The translations under genes were made by a program, and so were the position numbers. A DNA stretch of 64,000 bases from Enoplolaimus lenunculus (taxonomy: Eukaryota): the NCBI GenBank assembly GCA_030248215.1, contig JASANG010000245.1, positions 1 to 64,000 on the forward strand. The letters run 5' to 3'. Positions within the stretch are counted from its first letter, which is position 1. Each line of letters begins with the position of its first letter. This document shows positions 12,689 through 25,889 of the stretch, piece by piece. The notes below the pieces were generated by a model. It made no database searches and was not told the DNA's origin. It worked only from the letters and a program-made list of their open reading frames with translations.

Positions 12689-14210
12689 CCAAAACCAAAA
12701 TTCTGTATTAGGGTTTAATACTAAAATTGCGTTTGGCTTCTTGTTCGCTTCGCTCGCTCAGACACTCACGTTTTTTCAGTATCGTGCTTATCGCAAATTT
12801 TTGGATACACCATTGCTCTTGTCTGATGTAGTCTCAGCGACGGTTGAAGCATGGTTGGAACCGGCCCGGTTTTTCAGGGCCGGGGACCGGCCGGCGTGGA
12901 CCTGGGTCCACAGATTTTAAATTTTCTGGAACCCGAAACAAAATATCAAACAAACGGTATAAACATAACCCGTTAACAGGAAAACAATTTTAGACCAATG
13001 TCCAGGTTTTGTGTGTGTCTGTTGTGTGTGTACTGAGTGGTGGCTCTGGGAGAGACCTCTGACATAAAAGTGATAAAAATTAACAATTACAATTCCGAAT
13101 GGATTGAATTTACCAACAAACTGTAAGTTGTCGCAATGAGTGACCGGGTAATTATACATTACGGCGGTTCTTGAAAGAAACCGAAGATAACGTCTAATGG
13201 GTTTTTGATGCCACAAATTATTCTGAAATCAGTTTCTGAGCCAATTGCAGAAGTTTGGCCAACCCATATATCTTACCAAAATTCAAACTTGACTTGGAAA
13301 ATGTCCTCATAGGTGTATACACGCTATATACACGGCCAATAAAAATAATAAACACTATTAAGGCTTTGGGTCTGGCATAGGGAACTGCTGCGATTTATTT
13401 TATGCCGGCAGTCCGGACCCGGTTCGCTTAGGTCCGAGGGCCCAAAATGTACGTCCGGGCCCGCCTTGGACCGGGCAGATTCCAACCTTGGCTTGAAGAC
13501 CTATTCTGAAAGCGGTTAAAATCACCGCGTTACCTGAGTTTCAAAGTTTATTGTTTGGTTAAATATAAATGCGAGCATGTACCGGTATATACAGAGTATT
13601 CTTTGGTGTTGTTCCGATGCCAAACAGTAGGTATATTGTAAAGCTTTAAGCCTTGCTCTATTTATGCAGGGTTTACGTTACCAACTGTGCGCTTGATACC
13701 TCTTTTATCAATATGCCTGTAATGGTACGCACTAATTTTTTGCTGCCCATATGGATACCGACAATAAATAAAGCGTTACCCATAGCCAGATTTTCAAAAT
13801 ACTGACCTACCCGTATGGGTATAGTCAAGATGTCTACTCATAGCCCGCATAAATGCAAACATAACGAAATTTTTCAGCTTGCATTTTAAAACTAATCTTT
13901 TTTACAAAATATCTTTCAAAAACGTATAAGTATATACTAGCTACAAGTATTGTATAAAATGGCAAGATAACCATATTGGTAACAAACCGAAGACTAACCA
14001 ACTATTCATACAGGTTGTTTCTACATCATCCTATGCGTAGGTGACAACAGAAGTACCAAGCGTACAATTGGTAACGTGAATCCCGTATAAGTCGTAAGTG
14101 AGGTATTTCAAATTTTAGTATATACGTTTAAATTTTTCATTTTTCCGGACTCAATGCCTTCTTAAATTGTAAATGACATTACCAAACTTGGGTTTGCGAA
14201 TGAAATTTAA

Positions 14211-14475
14211 CCCTTTCTCACATGAATATTTTCTATTTCCCTGACACTACGTTTATGCGAAGGATTCGAACTCCAGTGAGCTGGAGTGGGGGGCATACCA
14301 TCACCACTCAGCTATAGGAGCTTGACGCTCGAGCGCGAGGGGGCTCTCACGTTCTTGTGGTGATTTGAGAACTATGTATACGTGTTGCAATTGTTAACAC
14401 TGTGCGATGTATATATTATTTAACGTATATATACTGCGCTGTAGTTGCCTATAGGCAACTCAATGTGAGAAGGGG
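14211..14475 (-). mobile_element. piggyBac-type tRNA-carrying MITE (mirror of 994-1257)
   Basis: TTAA flanks and the same TIRs. Confidence 0.85.
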
Positions 14476-14551
14476 TTAATATCATGTGTTATTTCTTTCT
14501 ATTTGATCATAGCCGACATTTTGAAACAAAATACAATGTTACAATTTTAAG

Positions 14552-17500
14552 CCAAAGAATCGCATGAATCCGATCATACCAGTAACACAGTCATTAAGCA
14601 GTCAAACGTGCCTAAAGTGACAGCTAATCGACCAAAAGGAAACCCCGTTAAGCCAGTGAAGCCAAAACAAAAAACGGTCAAACCCAAAATAACAAAGCCT
14701 CAACCTGAAACAAACCCTCGGGTGTCAAAAAATCGAGAAGCAAACGCTGTCCAATTGCCTCCTCATATTGAAAAATGGCTCGCCGAACAGCTCAACGAAG
14801 CGAGAGCGAAAACAGTTGAAGGCCCATTCAGCGATGGAAAACAACACGACGGTCCGTGTTGTGAGTGTAATCGTAATCGATATTGGCAAAACCTAAATTA
14901 TTGTTTCCGTTATGTGGGTCCGTAGCCAAAGGGGGGCCAGGGGGGCTCAGGCCCCCCCCCCCCCTGGAAAAATTTGGGCCACCCTAAAAAGATTTAACCC
15001 TTGCTTGTAAACTCATTGAAAACCCTTGAATGTCATTCCTGAAAATTTTTAGCCCTACCTAGCAAGGTGAGCTGGCTACGGGCCTGTCTATACGACGAAT
15101 AAATCGTGATGTTTAAGGCTTATGCTGAGGAATATGCTTATAGTACTATTCCGTCCCTGTTCTTTACATTGGCCAAAGTGTCAAAAATTATATCGCCATG
15201 TTTGCTCATTTTGGACATTTTACAGTAGCTCTTCTTATCGCCTTTCAATTTTAAATTTTCAAGGTTATGCGTCATCCACATTAATTTGCAACCGGCTTGT
15301 GGAAATCAAAAACGTTTTTTCCAACTTGAGTTTAGAAAAACGGTGGAATCGCTGAGACTTGAAGTTAAACCGTTTTGGTTATGTGAGATTTTCACCCCCC
15401 TACCAATATGTATGAATGTCTTTTCAACGATTTTTGAGTAATGCCCTATTCACACGGGCAAGTTTTTGCTGCGAGAACTTGCAGCCGCAGCTGACACTGC
15501 CAAAAAATGAAAAAACTTAAAAAAATAATCCTTGATAGTTTGCCGGATGTAATAGAATATCCGTTTCCGGTAAAAACCGGTGTCCGTTTCCGTTATAGAA
15601 ATAAAGGAAATTGTGTTTATTTTATGTTCAAAATTAGTTATACATTATGTATGTAACACAATTTTTTCTTCGATGCATCCGCCATTTCTTCTCGAAAACT
15701 TTAGAAAGCCCGGTGAACATTTGCACGTCTTAAAAATTGAGTTTTCAAAAAATAAAAACATCTTTGAAACTTATACGCTTTAATATTTGGTTTTCAGTTT
15801 TAGTTTCCACTTCCGTTATTTTTATTACTATTAAATTCGTTTACGCTTCCGTTACTTTTTTCCTATGTTTACACCCTGATATTTTTTTATATTTTTAAAT
15901 CCTTACAAGTGTCAGCCAACGTAAAGAACAGAGACCGAACGGCATTATAAGCCTAAGCTCCCACAGAAAAACGTTCGGCGCCTGATCTTTACATGGCCCA
16001 AAGTGTCAAATATGAGCGAGCTTAAGCGTGCCCAACTAAGGTTTGGTTTCCTTGGCGTGTGTCCATTTAAAGGCACTAAAATTGGTATAAAAATTAAAAT
16101 CTACAGTATTAATAATTATACAATTTTTTTGTTTCAGTCAGCCTCAAAAAATTTCGCAAACAAGCTCTCGATCAGTCTAATGCCTACCGTCGGCTTCACG
16201 GCTCACCTCCGCTAAAAGAAAACGCTGATTTAAATCGAAAAGCACAAGCGTACGCAGAAAGTTGGATCAAGAAAGTCGAAACGAGCAAACAACTGTTTCT
16301 GCCACCTCATTCAGGTCCGGGTGAAAATATTTACGTATCTTCTGATCCGTTGCTGTATGAACGACGAAATGGTAAGTGAACAAGATTTATTTGAATTAAA
16401 AAAATACTTAAATTCGTGCGTGCAAAAACCAAAGTGTAAACGGATATCCGTTTCCGTTGTAAAAATACTGGAAATTGTGTTATTTTTATCTTCAAAAATT
16501 AGTTGTAAATCACGTATATATCTCGCAATTTTTCACTACACGTATGTGCTGTGATTGTTCGAAATGAAATACAAATTACGAAATTCACCCAAAATCTTAA
16601 ATGTTTCGTTACATCTGCCAATTTTTTGTTTAAAAATTTACAAAGCCCAATGAATATTTGCATATCTCAATTGTGTTGGCAGAAAAATAAAACATCTTCA
16701 AAACTTTTATACTTCAATATCCGTTTTCCGTGTCCGTTTCCGTTCGCGTTATTTTGATCATTATCCGTTTCCGTTTCCGGTATTTTTACAATCCGTTTAC
16801 ACCCGGGAAAAACACTTTTTTTGCATATGATAAAATCTATTCCGTATTAATTGCACAAAACTATTTTCGCGTTTTGCAAACTGCAATTATAATTTGATGG
16901 TCAAGCAACGCTTTGACAAACGCTACAAACCATTTTATTTATTTGGTTTTTGCTGCACAAGCGATTCATTTTAGAGTTTCTCCGCTTACAACAAGTGACA
17001 CGATTTATAAGTGCACTAAACCAGTTACTAAGCGTAACTTAAGGTTCAAAGACTTTACAGCTTATAATATTATCGTCAAAATTGTGACGGTGTTGAAACC
17101 AATTATAGAATTAGGCTTAGGTTTAGGCTTAAAATTGAAATCGTATACTTATCGCTCCTAGTCTTTCATTACTGCATAAATGTATTTGAAGCATCACAAA
17201 TACAAAGACACGTCGTTACGGGGGGGGGGGCGAGAGTATGTAAACCTTTACTTTCCGAGTATTTTATCTTTATCCGAATAATTGATATTAATACTTTCAA
17301 CAAAGTTTATTTTTAAAAGCGTTTATTCGTGGTTTACATTAATTTGTGTACGCGATGTGGAAATTGTCACCGGCTATGCGCGCTTGCGTATTGATATTTT
17401 TCGTAAGTTTTCAAACGACAGGTTTCTATTTTCAGAAGTACATGCAGTTGTTGTTTCAAACTTTTATTTTAACAAACCCTTTGAAATTATTAAAGTTTTG

Positions 17501-18789
17501 TTAGAATTTCCACATCGCGTACATAAATTAATGTAAACCACGCCTTATATATGTCAATGGAACCTCATAAAACATTACAGGAACCAGCGGTGTTCATCTG
17601 TGGTATGACGAAATCAAAGACTACAATTGGAGATTGCCTGGAACTACGCTCAAGGGTCCTATCGGTAAGCTGACTCTCGTTGTGTCGAAAACCTATTTTG
17701 AGTACGAAAATATTACAATTACAACTATTTCCAGCACTGGCTCAAGGTTGAAACGCACCTGAACCTGACATCTTAAATTATTATTTCAACATAAATTGAA
17801 ATATTCAACAGAAAGTTTGGGTTAATTTTTATTGATTCTATTCAATTGAAAAGTTGTTCAAATTAGTTTTCAGTTGAATAACCATTAATAGTCCGGAAAC
17901 GAAGCAACAAACAGCACAGAGTTCTATATAGCTTAGATTTTCAAAGTCACCAAATATGTCATATATATTTTCAAGATATCAACTCTGTAGCCAGATTCGG
18001 TTGAACGCATTTTCTTATTCACCTTAAATACCAAGTTTTATCACGGTTTGAATTTGAAATAGACGGGGCTACGGTAAGATACGGTGTAATCTAAAGTATA
18101 TTTAAAAAGGTACTGTATTGACCCGAATAAGAGGGGGTAATAAGAGGGGGTTCCCATTTTGAGTATCAATCAATACGAGTCCGTATCCCTAATAAAAGTC
18201 CGTATTGAGTCCGTAAACCCTAATTAGAGTCCATAAATGTCAGTTATCCCTAATTGTAGTGCACAAAGGACTCCAGGCCCAAATAATTTGAGTTCGAAAC
18301 TTTAAAGCGTATATACTTAAATTTTGAAAGTACATTCCTAAGTATAGCCATGCATTATCGCCAGTAAACGTTTAATTCAAAGGAACAAAAGACGGCGGGT
18401 TAAAAAGAAATAACAGTCCGTAACCGAATAACAAGGGGGGTACCCTCTGAAGAGGCCAAATAAATATCAGTCCCCCCTCTGGAGAGGCCAAATAAATATC
18501 AGTCCCCCCTCTTATTCGGGTCACTACAGTACATGCGAGGAGTACTAAACCGGCACCAGCCTATAAAGTCAACACTTTTTGTGTTTGGACATTTGGTTAT
18601 ACAGGCCATTTTACGCAATTGATCTGGTCGAGCACTGACGAAGTTGGACACGGGTTTGCGGCATCTAAAGACTGCGTACGCCTGCTTGTGATAGCGAACT
18701 ACAAACCGCCTGGAAATTTGAAAATTTTGGGCGACAAAGAACTGACCAGAAAAGTATATCGTTTGAACGTCAAAAGGTCTTCTCAGTGA
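14552..18789 (+). CDS. CAP/SCP/TAPS-domain protein, GAPR-1/GLIPR2-like, with a Pro/Lys-rich N-terminal region; 5' exon(s) unresolved
   Basis: Exons 14552-14860, 16138-16371, 17581-17664 and 18605-18789, all GT-AG and all phase 1. Translation contains SNAYRRLHGSPPL..LNRKAQAYAE..HSGPGENI..LWYDEIKDY..GHFTQLIW..VGHG..ANYKPPGN, which are the canonical CAP motifs. Confidence 0.92.
18113..18529. mobile_element. Tc1/mariner-pogo-type MITE with TA TSD (in a CAP intron)
   Basis: TA|CTGTATTGACCCGAATAAGAGGGG...CCCCTCTTATTCGGGTCACTACAG|TA. Confidence 0.85.
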
Positions 18790-19179
18790 AATGAGCTTAA
18801 TCAAGTGTGCCAATTGTGTGATTTGCAAAATAACATTTGTGGATGCAATACATATGAATAAGCAGTTAGCTAGTAACTATTCATATGGATATCTGGTACC
18901 GCTAGCTATGGATAGTCTGCACAAAGTTTGATGGATATGCATACAATATAGTCACCAAGCGCACAAGTAGTAACGTGAACCCCGCATAGCGAGCAATTTC
19001 TGTCGGTAATGGAACATTTTTCAATTTTACGACATCCTTTAAAAGGTTTTTCAAGCGGACACAAACAATTTTTAAATTTTTGATCATCATAACGGAATTT
19101 TATTACAAAGTAACACGCCGGTTTTCAGAAAGTTAACAATTTTCAGTTTCAAAATGAAAAATTAACTTTGTGATGCCTT

Positions 19180-19550
19180 GGCTGGGTTTCTGAATCGCTA
19201 CTAAAGTATAATTTGATACTTAAGTATGCGCTAAGCAATTACTTAGCCATTTTGTGGTTTTTAAAAGCGTTACTTAAGTTAAGTAAATACTTAAGCCGCT
19301 GACGAAATCTGATTGATTACAAATTAACCGTTCAGGCATACTAACCTTAGTCTAATTGAAATTGTAGACTCACGGTGTCATCTTTAAATATTAACGCAGA
19401 ACTGTTACTTTTCTGTAATGACAATCGCTCACATTTGGCGTTTTACCTGTTTTGTTCGAAAAGTTAAGTATTTACTTAAGTCATTCACTTTAAGTAATTA
19501 TTTAAGCATAGCTTAAGTAAATACTTAAGTAAGATTTCAGAAACCCAACC
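19180..19550. mobile_element. MITE with GGCTGGGTTTCTGAA TIR and 3-bp TSD (PIF/Harbinger-like); other copies at 54033-54333, 54673-55045 and 62524-62769
   Basis: TIR GGCTGGGTTTCTGAA(ATCTTACTTAAGTA). TSDs ATT/ATT at 54033 and TTT/TTT at 62524. Confidence 0.8.
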
Positions 19551-19859
19551 ATTGTTTGCTTTAAACTCAGTACTTAGTGGTTATACTAACGTTCGTACCT
19601 ACCGTTGTGGATGCAATACAATGATCGGGTGATATTTGTTAGTCTACATAAACAGTGCCGATTTCAAATGTTTCATAGACCAAATATTATTTATATTTCA
19701 ACCCCCTCAGTTGTTAGTTTGACCTCCCACTTTTGTCTCGTGCCAATTTCTACACCTTTCACCATGAGTTTTTCTGTTAATCAAAATATATACCATATCA
19801 TAGCTAAACAACAAACGCTGGTATCTTTAAAAACTAAAAAATATTCTAAATTTCTATTA

Positions 19860-19895
<36 letters not shown>

Positions 19896-19941
19896 GGCTT
19901 AGATTTTGTGTCAATAAATTCGTTACCTGAAAAGATTTATT

Positions 19942-20133
19942 GGCCCATGTTACTTTGATTGGCGTCCAGGTTTCTGGTGGGTCTATAAAGTAGTAGGTTT
20001 AGAATCTAGATTACATTTTTTGCTTAGGCTTAGGCTTAGGCTTTGGAACTCATGTTTTCAACGCTTAGGCTTACGCTTTAAGGCTTACGAATACGCTTAA
20101 TCTACTGTTATGCCCCTTAAAGTAACATTGGTG
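19942..20133 (-). mobile_element. Merlin-like MITE, subfamily B, carrying TTAGGC repeats (also 27063-27246 and 56630-56819)
   Basis: GGCCCATGTTACTTT...AAAGTAACATTGG termini. 8-bp TSD GATTTATT/TATTTATT here and AAATCTTT/AAAACTTT at 56630. Confidence 0.75.
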
Positions 20134-21536
20134 TATTTATTGATGAAAGAAGGTAAAAAAAGTTTCGCTTGATACACTTATTAATCATAAAACAAATTCT
20201 CAAATTCAATTTGAGAAATTGGTGTGGGGGTTACGTAAAAAGTAAGTACCGAATATAACCTATGAAACCCTGCAAACAAAAAAACTTATTCAGGATCGGA
20301 ATATATTACGCAACCGACTCCCGTCTATCCTTTATACATGAGAGATGCAGAAATTCGGCCGCAAGTCGCCTCAGCATACGGGAGTACATCAGAAAGCTGA
20401 GAGTAAAAAAGTAGCCTAAACAATTTAGTATATGGGTTCACCACGTCCATGCCGTAGTTTACTCCAACTACACGGATTTGAATAAGGCTTTTTGTCTTAT
20501 TTTCTATAATAAAAATGCGTCGTTGACAATAAATTAAGGTCAAGACAAAATTTAATCAAAAGAAAACCAACGTTTACTGTTTATTAATGTAAGATTTTAT
20601 TATGTACCATAGCAACGCTGGCAAGCTTATAGGGAATAATGTTGGTTGACCAAACCGAAATGAGTTGTAATGGCGAATTATTTTTCGTTATTAAAAATTC
20701 TATTATTTACGGAGTACAAAATCACACTGTTTGGGTTGCGCTATATTTGCTGGACGCTGTCGGACGCAGCCGCGCGCGGGCGGACTCCGGCGCGTGACAC
20801 GGGGAACATTTTGCCGCACGCCAGCGCGCGGGTGGTGTTTGGCGGCAAGCTTAATAATGAGCTTATTTTTGAAACCTAAGCCTCAGCGTAAGCCTAACCA
20901 AATAAATTGGCTAAAGCTTAAGCTTCATCTATTGCAGTCTCGCAGAAACACCTTCTGCCCCTGATCTTTAATACATGGGCCCAAAATTCCAACGGTTTTT
21001 TGTGTTGCGAATAGAAAAAAGTTCCTAAAAACTCCTGAACAAAAATCACAATGAGGGTTCATTTCTAAACCTGACTTGGCCATACTCATGGCGATGTGTG
21101 TGGGCAGATACCGAAGATCCATAAGAGTACCTTGGGTGTCCGTCAACCCTCATGGTTTTAAGAAAAATTTCAAATATACACCCGAACATTGCTTCTCGTT
21201 TTATAGCATCAATCGAGCGAATGCGTCCGTGGGATCTATCCTGAGAACCACCTTAAATTCCGAATCCATCCCTGGTGTGTCCCATAGAATGAACCCTTGA
21301 GACCGAAAAATAAAGACGTTGTAACGAAACAAGAATATTTAGTGTTTTTAGCAGCCTACCTCTTCAGCAAAAGCCTCGAATCATTTTCAAAAACGTGTTT
21401 AACGGGGTTTTTTAAATTTTATTGCCGCTGTTGAAATAGAAACTATCAGCATATTTTTAAGAGTCGTATTTACATCGATGCAACTGTCTCATTTTTATAT
21501 TAATATTTTGGAGTTACGCCTAGTACAGGTTCAAAA

Positions 21537-24500
21537 CAATTAGCACGGTAAGCATATTTTTAGAAAATTAGCACGGTAAGCAGATTTTTAGAAAATTAGC
21601 ACGGTAAGCTGATTTTTAGAAAATTAGCACGGTAAGCAGATTTTTAGAAAATTAGCACGATAAGCAGATTTTTAGAAAATTAGCACGGTAAGCAGATTTT
21701 TAGAAAATTAGCACGGTAAGCAGATTTTTAGAAAATTAGCACGGTAAGCAGATTTTTAGAAAATTAGCACGGTAAGCAGATTTTTAGAAAATTAGCACGG
21801 TAAGCAGATTTTTAGAAAATTAGCACGGTAAGCAGATTTTTAGAAAATTAGCACGGTAAGCAGATTTTTAGAAAATTAGCAAGGTAAGCAGATTTTTAGA
21901 AAATTAGCACGGTAAGCAGATTTTTAGAAAATTAGCACGGTAAGCAGATTTTTAGAAAATTAGCACGGTAAGCAGATTTTTAGAAAATTAGCACGGTAAG
22001 CAGATTTTTAGAAAATTAGCACGATAAGCAGATTTTTAGAAAATTAGCACGGTAAGCAGATTTTTAGAAAATTAGCACGGTAAGCAGATTTTTAGAAAAT
22101 TAGCACGGTAAGCAGATTTTTAGAAAATTAGCACGGTAAGCAGATTTTTAGAAAATTAGCACGGTAAGCAGATTTTTAGAAAATTAGCACGGTAAGCAGA
22201 TTTTTAGAAAATTAGCACGATAAGCAGATTTTTAGAAAATTAGCACGGTAAGCAGATTTTTAGAAAATTAGCACGGTAAGCAGATTTTTAGAAAATTAGC
22301 ACGGTAAGCAGATTTTTAGAAAATTAGCACGGTAAGCAGATTTTTAGAAAATTAGCACGGTAAGCAGATTTTTAGAAAATTAGCACGGTAAGCAGATTTT
22401 TAGAAAATTAGCACGGTAAGCAGATTTTTAGAAAATTAGCACGGTAAGCAGATTTTTAGAAAATTAGCACGGTAAGCAGATTTTTAGAAAATTAGCACGG
22501 TAAGCAGATTTTTAGAAAATTAGCACGGTAAGCAGATTTTTAGAAAATTAGCACGGTAAGCAGATTTTTAGAAAATTAGCACGGTAAGCAGATTTTTAGA
22601 AAATTAGCACAGTAAGCAGATTTTTAGAACATTAGCACGATAAGCAGATTTTTAGAAAATTAGCACGATAAGCAGATTTTTAGAAAATTAGCACGGTAAG
22701 CAGATTTTTAGAAAATTAGCACGATAAGCAGATTTTTAGAAAATTAGCACGGTAAGCAGATTTTTAGAAAATTAGCACGGTAAGCAGATTTTTAGAAAAT
22801 TAGCACGGTAAGCAGATTTTTAGAAAATTAGCACGGTAAGCAGATTTTTAGAAAATTAGCACGGTAAGCAGATTTTTAGAAAATTAGCACGGTAAGCAGA
22901 TTTTTAGAAAATTAGCACGGTAAGCAGATTTTTAGAAAATTAGCACGGTAAGCAGATTTTTAGAAAATTAGCACGGTAAGCAGATTTTTAGAAAATTAGC
23001 ACGGTAAGCAGATTTTTAGAAAATTAGCACGGTAAGCAGATTTTTAGAAAATTAGCACGGTAAGCAGATTTTTAGAAAATTAGCACGGTAAGCAGATTTT
23101 TAGAAAATTAGCACGGTAAGCAGATTTTTAGAAAATTAGCACGGTAAGCAGATTTTTAGAAAATTAGCACGGTAAGCAGATTTTTAGAAAATTAGCACGG
23201 TAAGCAGATTTTTAGAAAATTAGCACATAAGCAGATTTTTAGAAAATTAGCACGATAAGCAGATTTTTAGAAAATTAGCACGGTAAGCAGATTTTTAGAA
23301 AATTAGCACGGTAAGCAGATTTTTAGAAAATTAGCACGGTAAAGCAGATTTTTAGAAAATTAGCACGGTAAGCAGATTTTTAGAAAATTAGCACGGTAAG
23401 CAGATTTTTAGAAAATTAGCAAGGTAGCAGATTTTTAGAAAATTAAAGCAGATTTTTAGAAAATTAGCACGGTAAGCAGATTTTTAGAAAATTAGCACGG
23501 TAAGCAGATTTTTAGAAAATTAGCACGGTAAGCAGATTTTTAGAAAATTAAGCACGGTAAGCATAAGCAGATTTTTAGAAAATTAGCGCGGTAAGCAGAT
23601 TTTTAGAAAATTAGCACGGTAAGCAGATTTTTAGAAAATTAGCACGGTAAGCAGATTTTTAGAAAATTAGCACGGTAAGCAGATTTTTAGAAAATTAGCA
23701 CGGTAAGCAGATTTTTAGAAAATTAGCACGGTAAGCAGATTTTTAGAAAATTAGCACGGTAAGCAGATTTTTAGAAAATTAGCACGGTAAGCAGATTTTT
23801 AGAAAATTAGCACGGTAAGCAGATTTTTAGTAAATTAGCGCGGTAAGCTGATTTTTAGTAAAGTAGCTCGGTAAGCAGATTTTTAGAAAATTAGCACGGT
23901 AAGCAGATTTTTAGAAAATTAGCACGGTAAGCAGATTTTTAGAAAATTAGCACGGTAAGCAGATTTTTAGAAAATTAGCACGGTAAGCAGATTTTTAGAA
24001 AATTAGCACGGTAAGCAGATTTTTAGAAAATTAGCACGGTAAGCAGATTTTTAGAAAATTAGCACGGTAAGCAGATTTTTAGAAAATTAGCACGGTAAGC
24101 AGATTTTTAGAAAATTAGCACGGTAAGCAGATTTTTAGAAAATTAGCACGGTAAACAGATTTTTAGAAAATTATCACGGTAAGCAGATAATTATAAAATT
24201 AGCTCTGTAAGCAGATTTTTAGAAGCAGATTTTTAGAAAACTAGCACGGTAAGCAGATTTTTAGAAAATTAGCACGGTAAGCAGATTTTTAGAAAATTAG
24301 CACTGTAAGCAGATTTTTAGAAAATTAGCACGGTAAGCAGATTTTTAGAAAATTAGCACGGTAAGCAGATTTTTAGAAAATTAGCACGGTAAGCAGATTT
24401 TTAGAAAATTAGCACGGTAAGCAGATTTTTAGAAAATTAGCACGGTAAGCAGATTTTTAGAAAATTAGCACGGTAAGCAGATTTTTAGAAAATTAGCACG

Positions 24501-24628
24501 GTAAGCAGATTTTTAGAAAATTAGCACGATAAGCAGATTTTTAGAAAATTAGCACGGTAAGCAGATTTTTAGAAAATTAGCACGGTAAGCAGATTTTTAG
24601 AAAATTAGCACGGTAAGCAGATTTTTAG
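21537..24628. repeat. 28-bp satellite, ~110 copies
   Basis: Unit AAATTAGCACGGTAAGCAGATTTTTAGA, nearly homogeneous, with no spacers. Confidence 0.99.
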
Positions 24629-24669
24629 TTTTCTATCGTTATTCTATTTTCTAAAAATATGCTTAGTTT

Positions 24670-24802
24670 GGCCCATGTATAGAACAGGGCCGGAACAGTA
24701 GTATAAGCATCTTCCTAAGCCTAAGCCCAATCCTAAGCCTAAAACTTACTCTTTTTTATAGCCCCTCCAGAAAACGATCCGGCCCTGTTCTATACATGGG
24801 CC
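24670..24802 (+). mobile_element. Merlin-like telomere-repeat MITE, subfamily C (also 42749-42926)
   Basis: TIR GGCCCATGTATAGAACAGGGCCGGA. TSD CTTAGTTT/CTTTGTTT here and CCGATGAT/CCGATGAC at 42749. Confidence 0.85.
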
Positions 24803-25686
24803 CTTTGTTTTTTTACACAGGTTCCGTATAATAAATATATTTTTAAAATTGTCAACTAGCTTTACTTGTACGTCGAACTCGTTTAGATCAAACTTTAGAC
24901 TCGAAGTATTAACACTACCTAATCATCGTTTTTCTAAACTTGTTTTCAATGTTTACAACAACTGTTTAGACTATATGATTTGCAGGGTTGAGATGAGCAT
25001 AAATATTTAGCAAAGTCGTTTTTGCACCACAATAAACCTATCTACGAACAATGCACCGAGGCGTAGCAGTATTATAAACATATTCCTACGCCTAACGCCT
25101 AAGCTTAAGCCTAAGCCTAAGCGTAAGAATGATCATATTCATAAGCCTAAGCCTAAGCCAAAATCAAGCAAAAAAATTAGTTTAAAGTTTAAGCTTACTC
25201 TTTTCTAATCCCACAGAAAAACGTTCTGCCCCTGATCTGTTAAGGCGTACTTTGTCACTCTGAAAAGAGCACGAAGACCTCATTCCGGGGTGGGGGCAGA
25301 TTAAAACTCGAGCGGACTTGGCTGTGCGTGAGCCGCCCTCTGCACCCCCAGGTACCGTCGAGCGTACAGAAAACAAACCGTCCGCACCCCTCCCAGATTC
25401 TCTCCGCAGATAAAGCTATTTTACCCGCGGGTAGCGTTCCATTCTGACCGAAATACGCAAAACTTTTAATTTTCGCTTTCAATTTGCGTTGCACCTGTGT
25501 GCCAGAACCTTCGACTCTAAATAAGCGAACAACAATTAATTCCCAACAGAAATTTATATATTGCGTTCATTTGCCAATAGTTGTTGTCAACACTGAACTT
25601 TAAATTGAAACCGCAGTATAAACAACCATGACGAACTGAAAACTTTCTTGTGACGGCACACGCTGATTAAGTTGTATTTCGCTACC

Positions 25687-25889
25687 GGACAATGTAAAGA
25701 ACAGGGGCGAAACAGTATAATAAGCATATTCCTAGGCCTAAGTCTAAGCCTGTGCCTGAGCCTAAGCGTAAGAATGAGTTTATTCCTAAGCCTATTAGCC
25801 TAAGCCTAAGCCAAGCAAAAGAATTAGTCTAAGCTTCCACTATTCTAGTCTCACAGAAAAACGTTCCGCCCCTGATCTTTAAATGGGCC
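25687..25889 (+). mobile_element. Merlin-like telomere-repeat MITE, subfamily A
   Basis: GGACAATGTAAAGAACAGGGGCG...CGCCCCTGATCTTTAAATGGGCC, with internal CCTAAG repeats. Confidence 0.8.

Larger units (their letters stand above)
7590..15442 (+). repeat. Right arm of the inverted duplication; unique spacer at ~6860-7590
   Basis: Colinear reverse-complement identity to the left arm, with scattered substitutions and indels. Homology stops where a GCCCTATTCACACG MITE begins at 15443. Confidence 0.95.

Noticed and set aside
21537..24628. CRISPR-like array (28-bp repeat)
   Set aside because: The units are head-to-tail with no unique spacers, there are no cas genes, and the context is eukaryotic.
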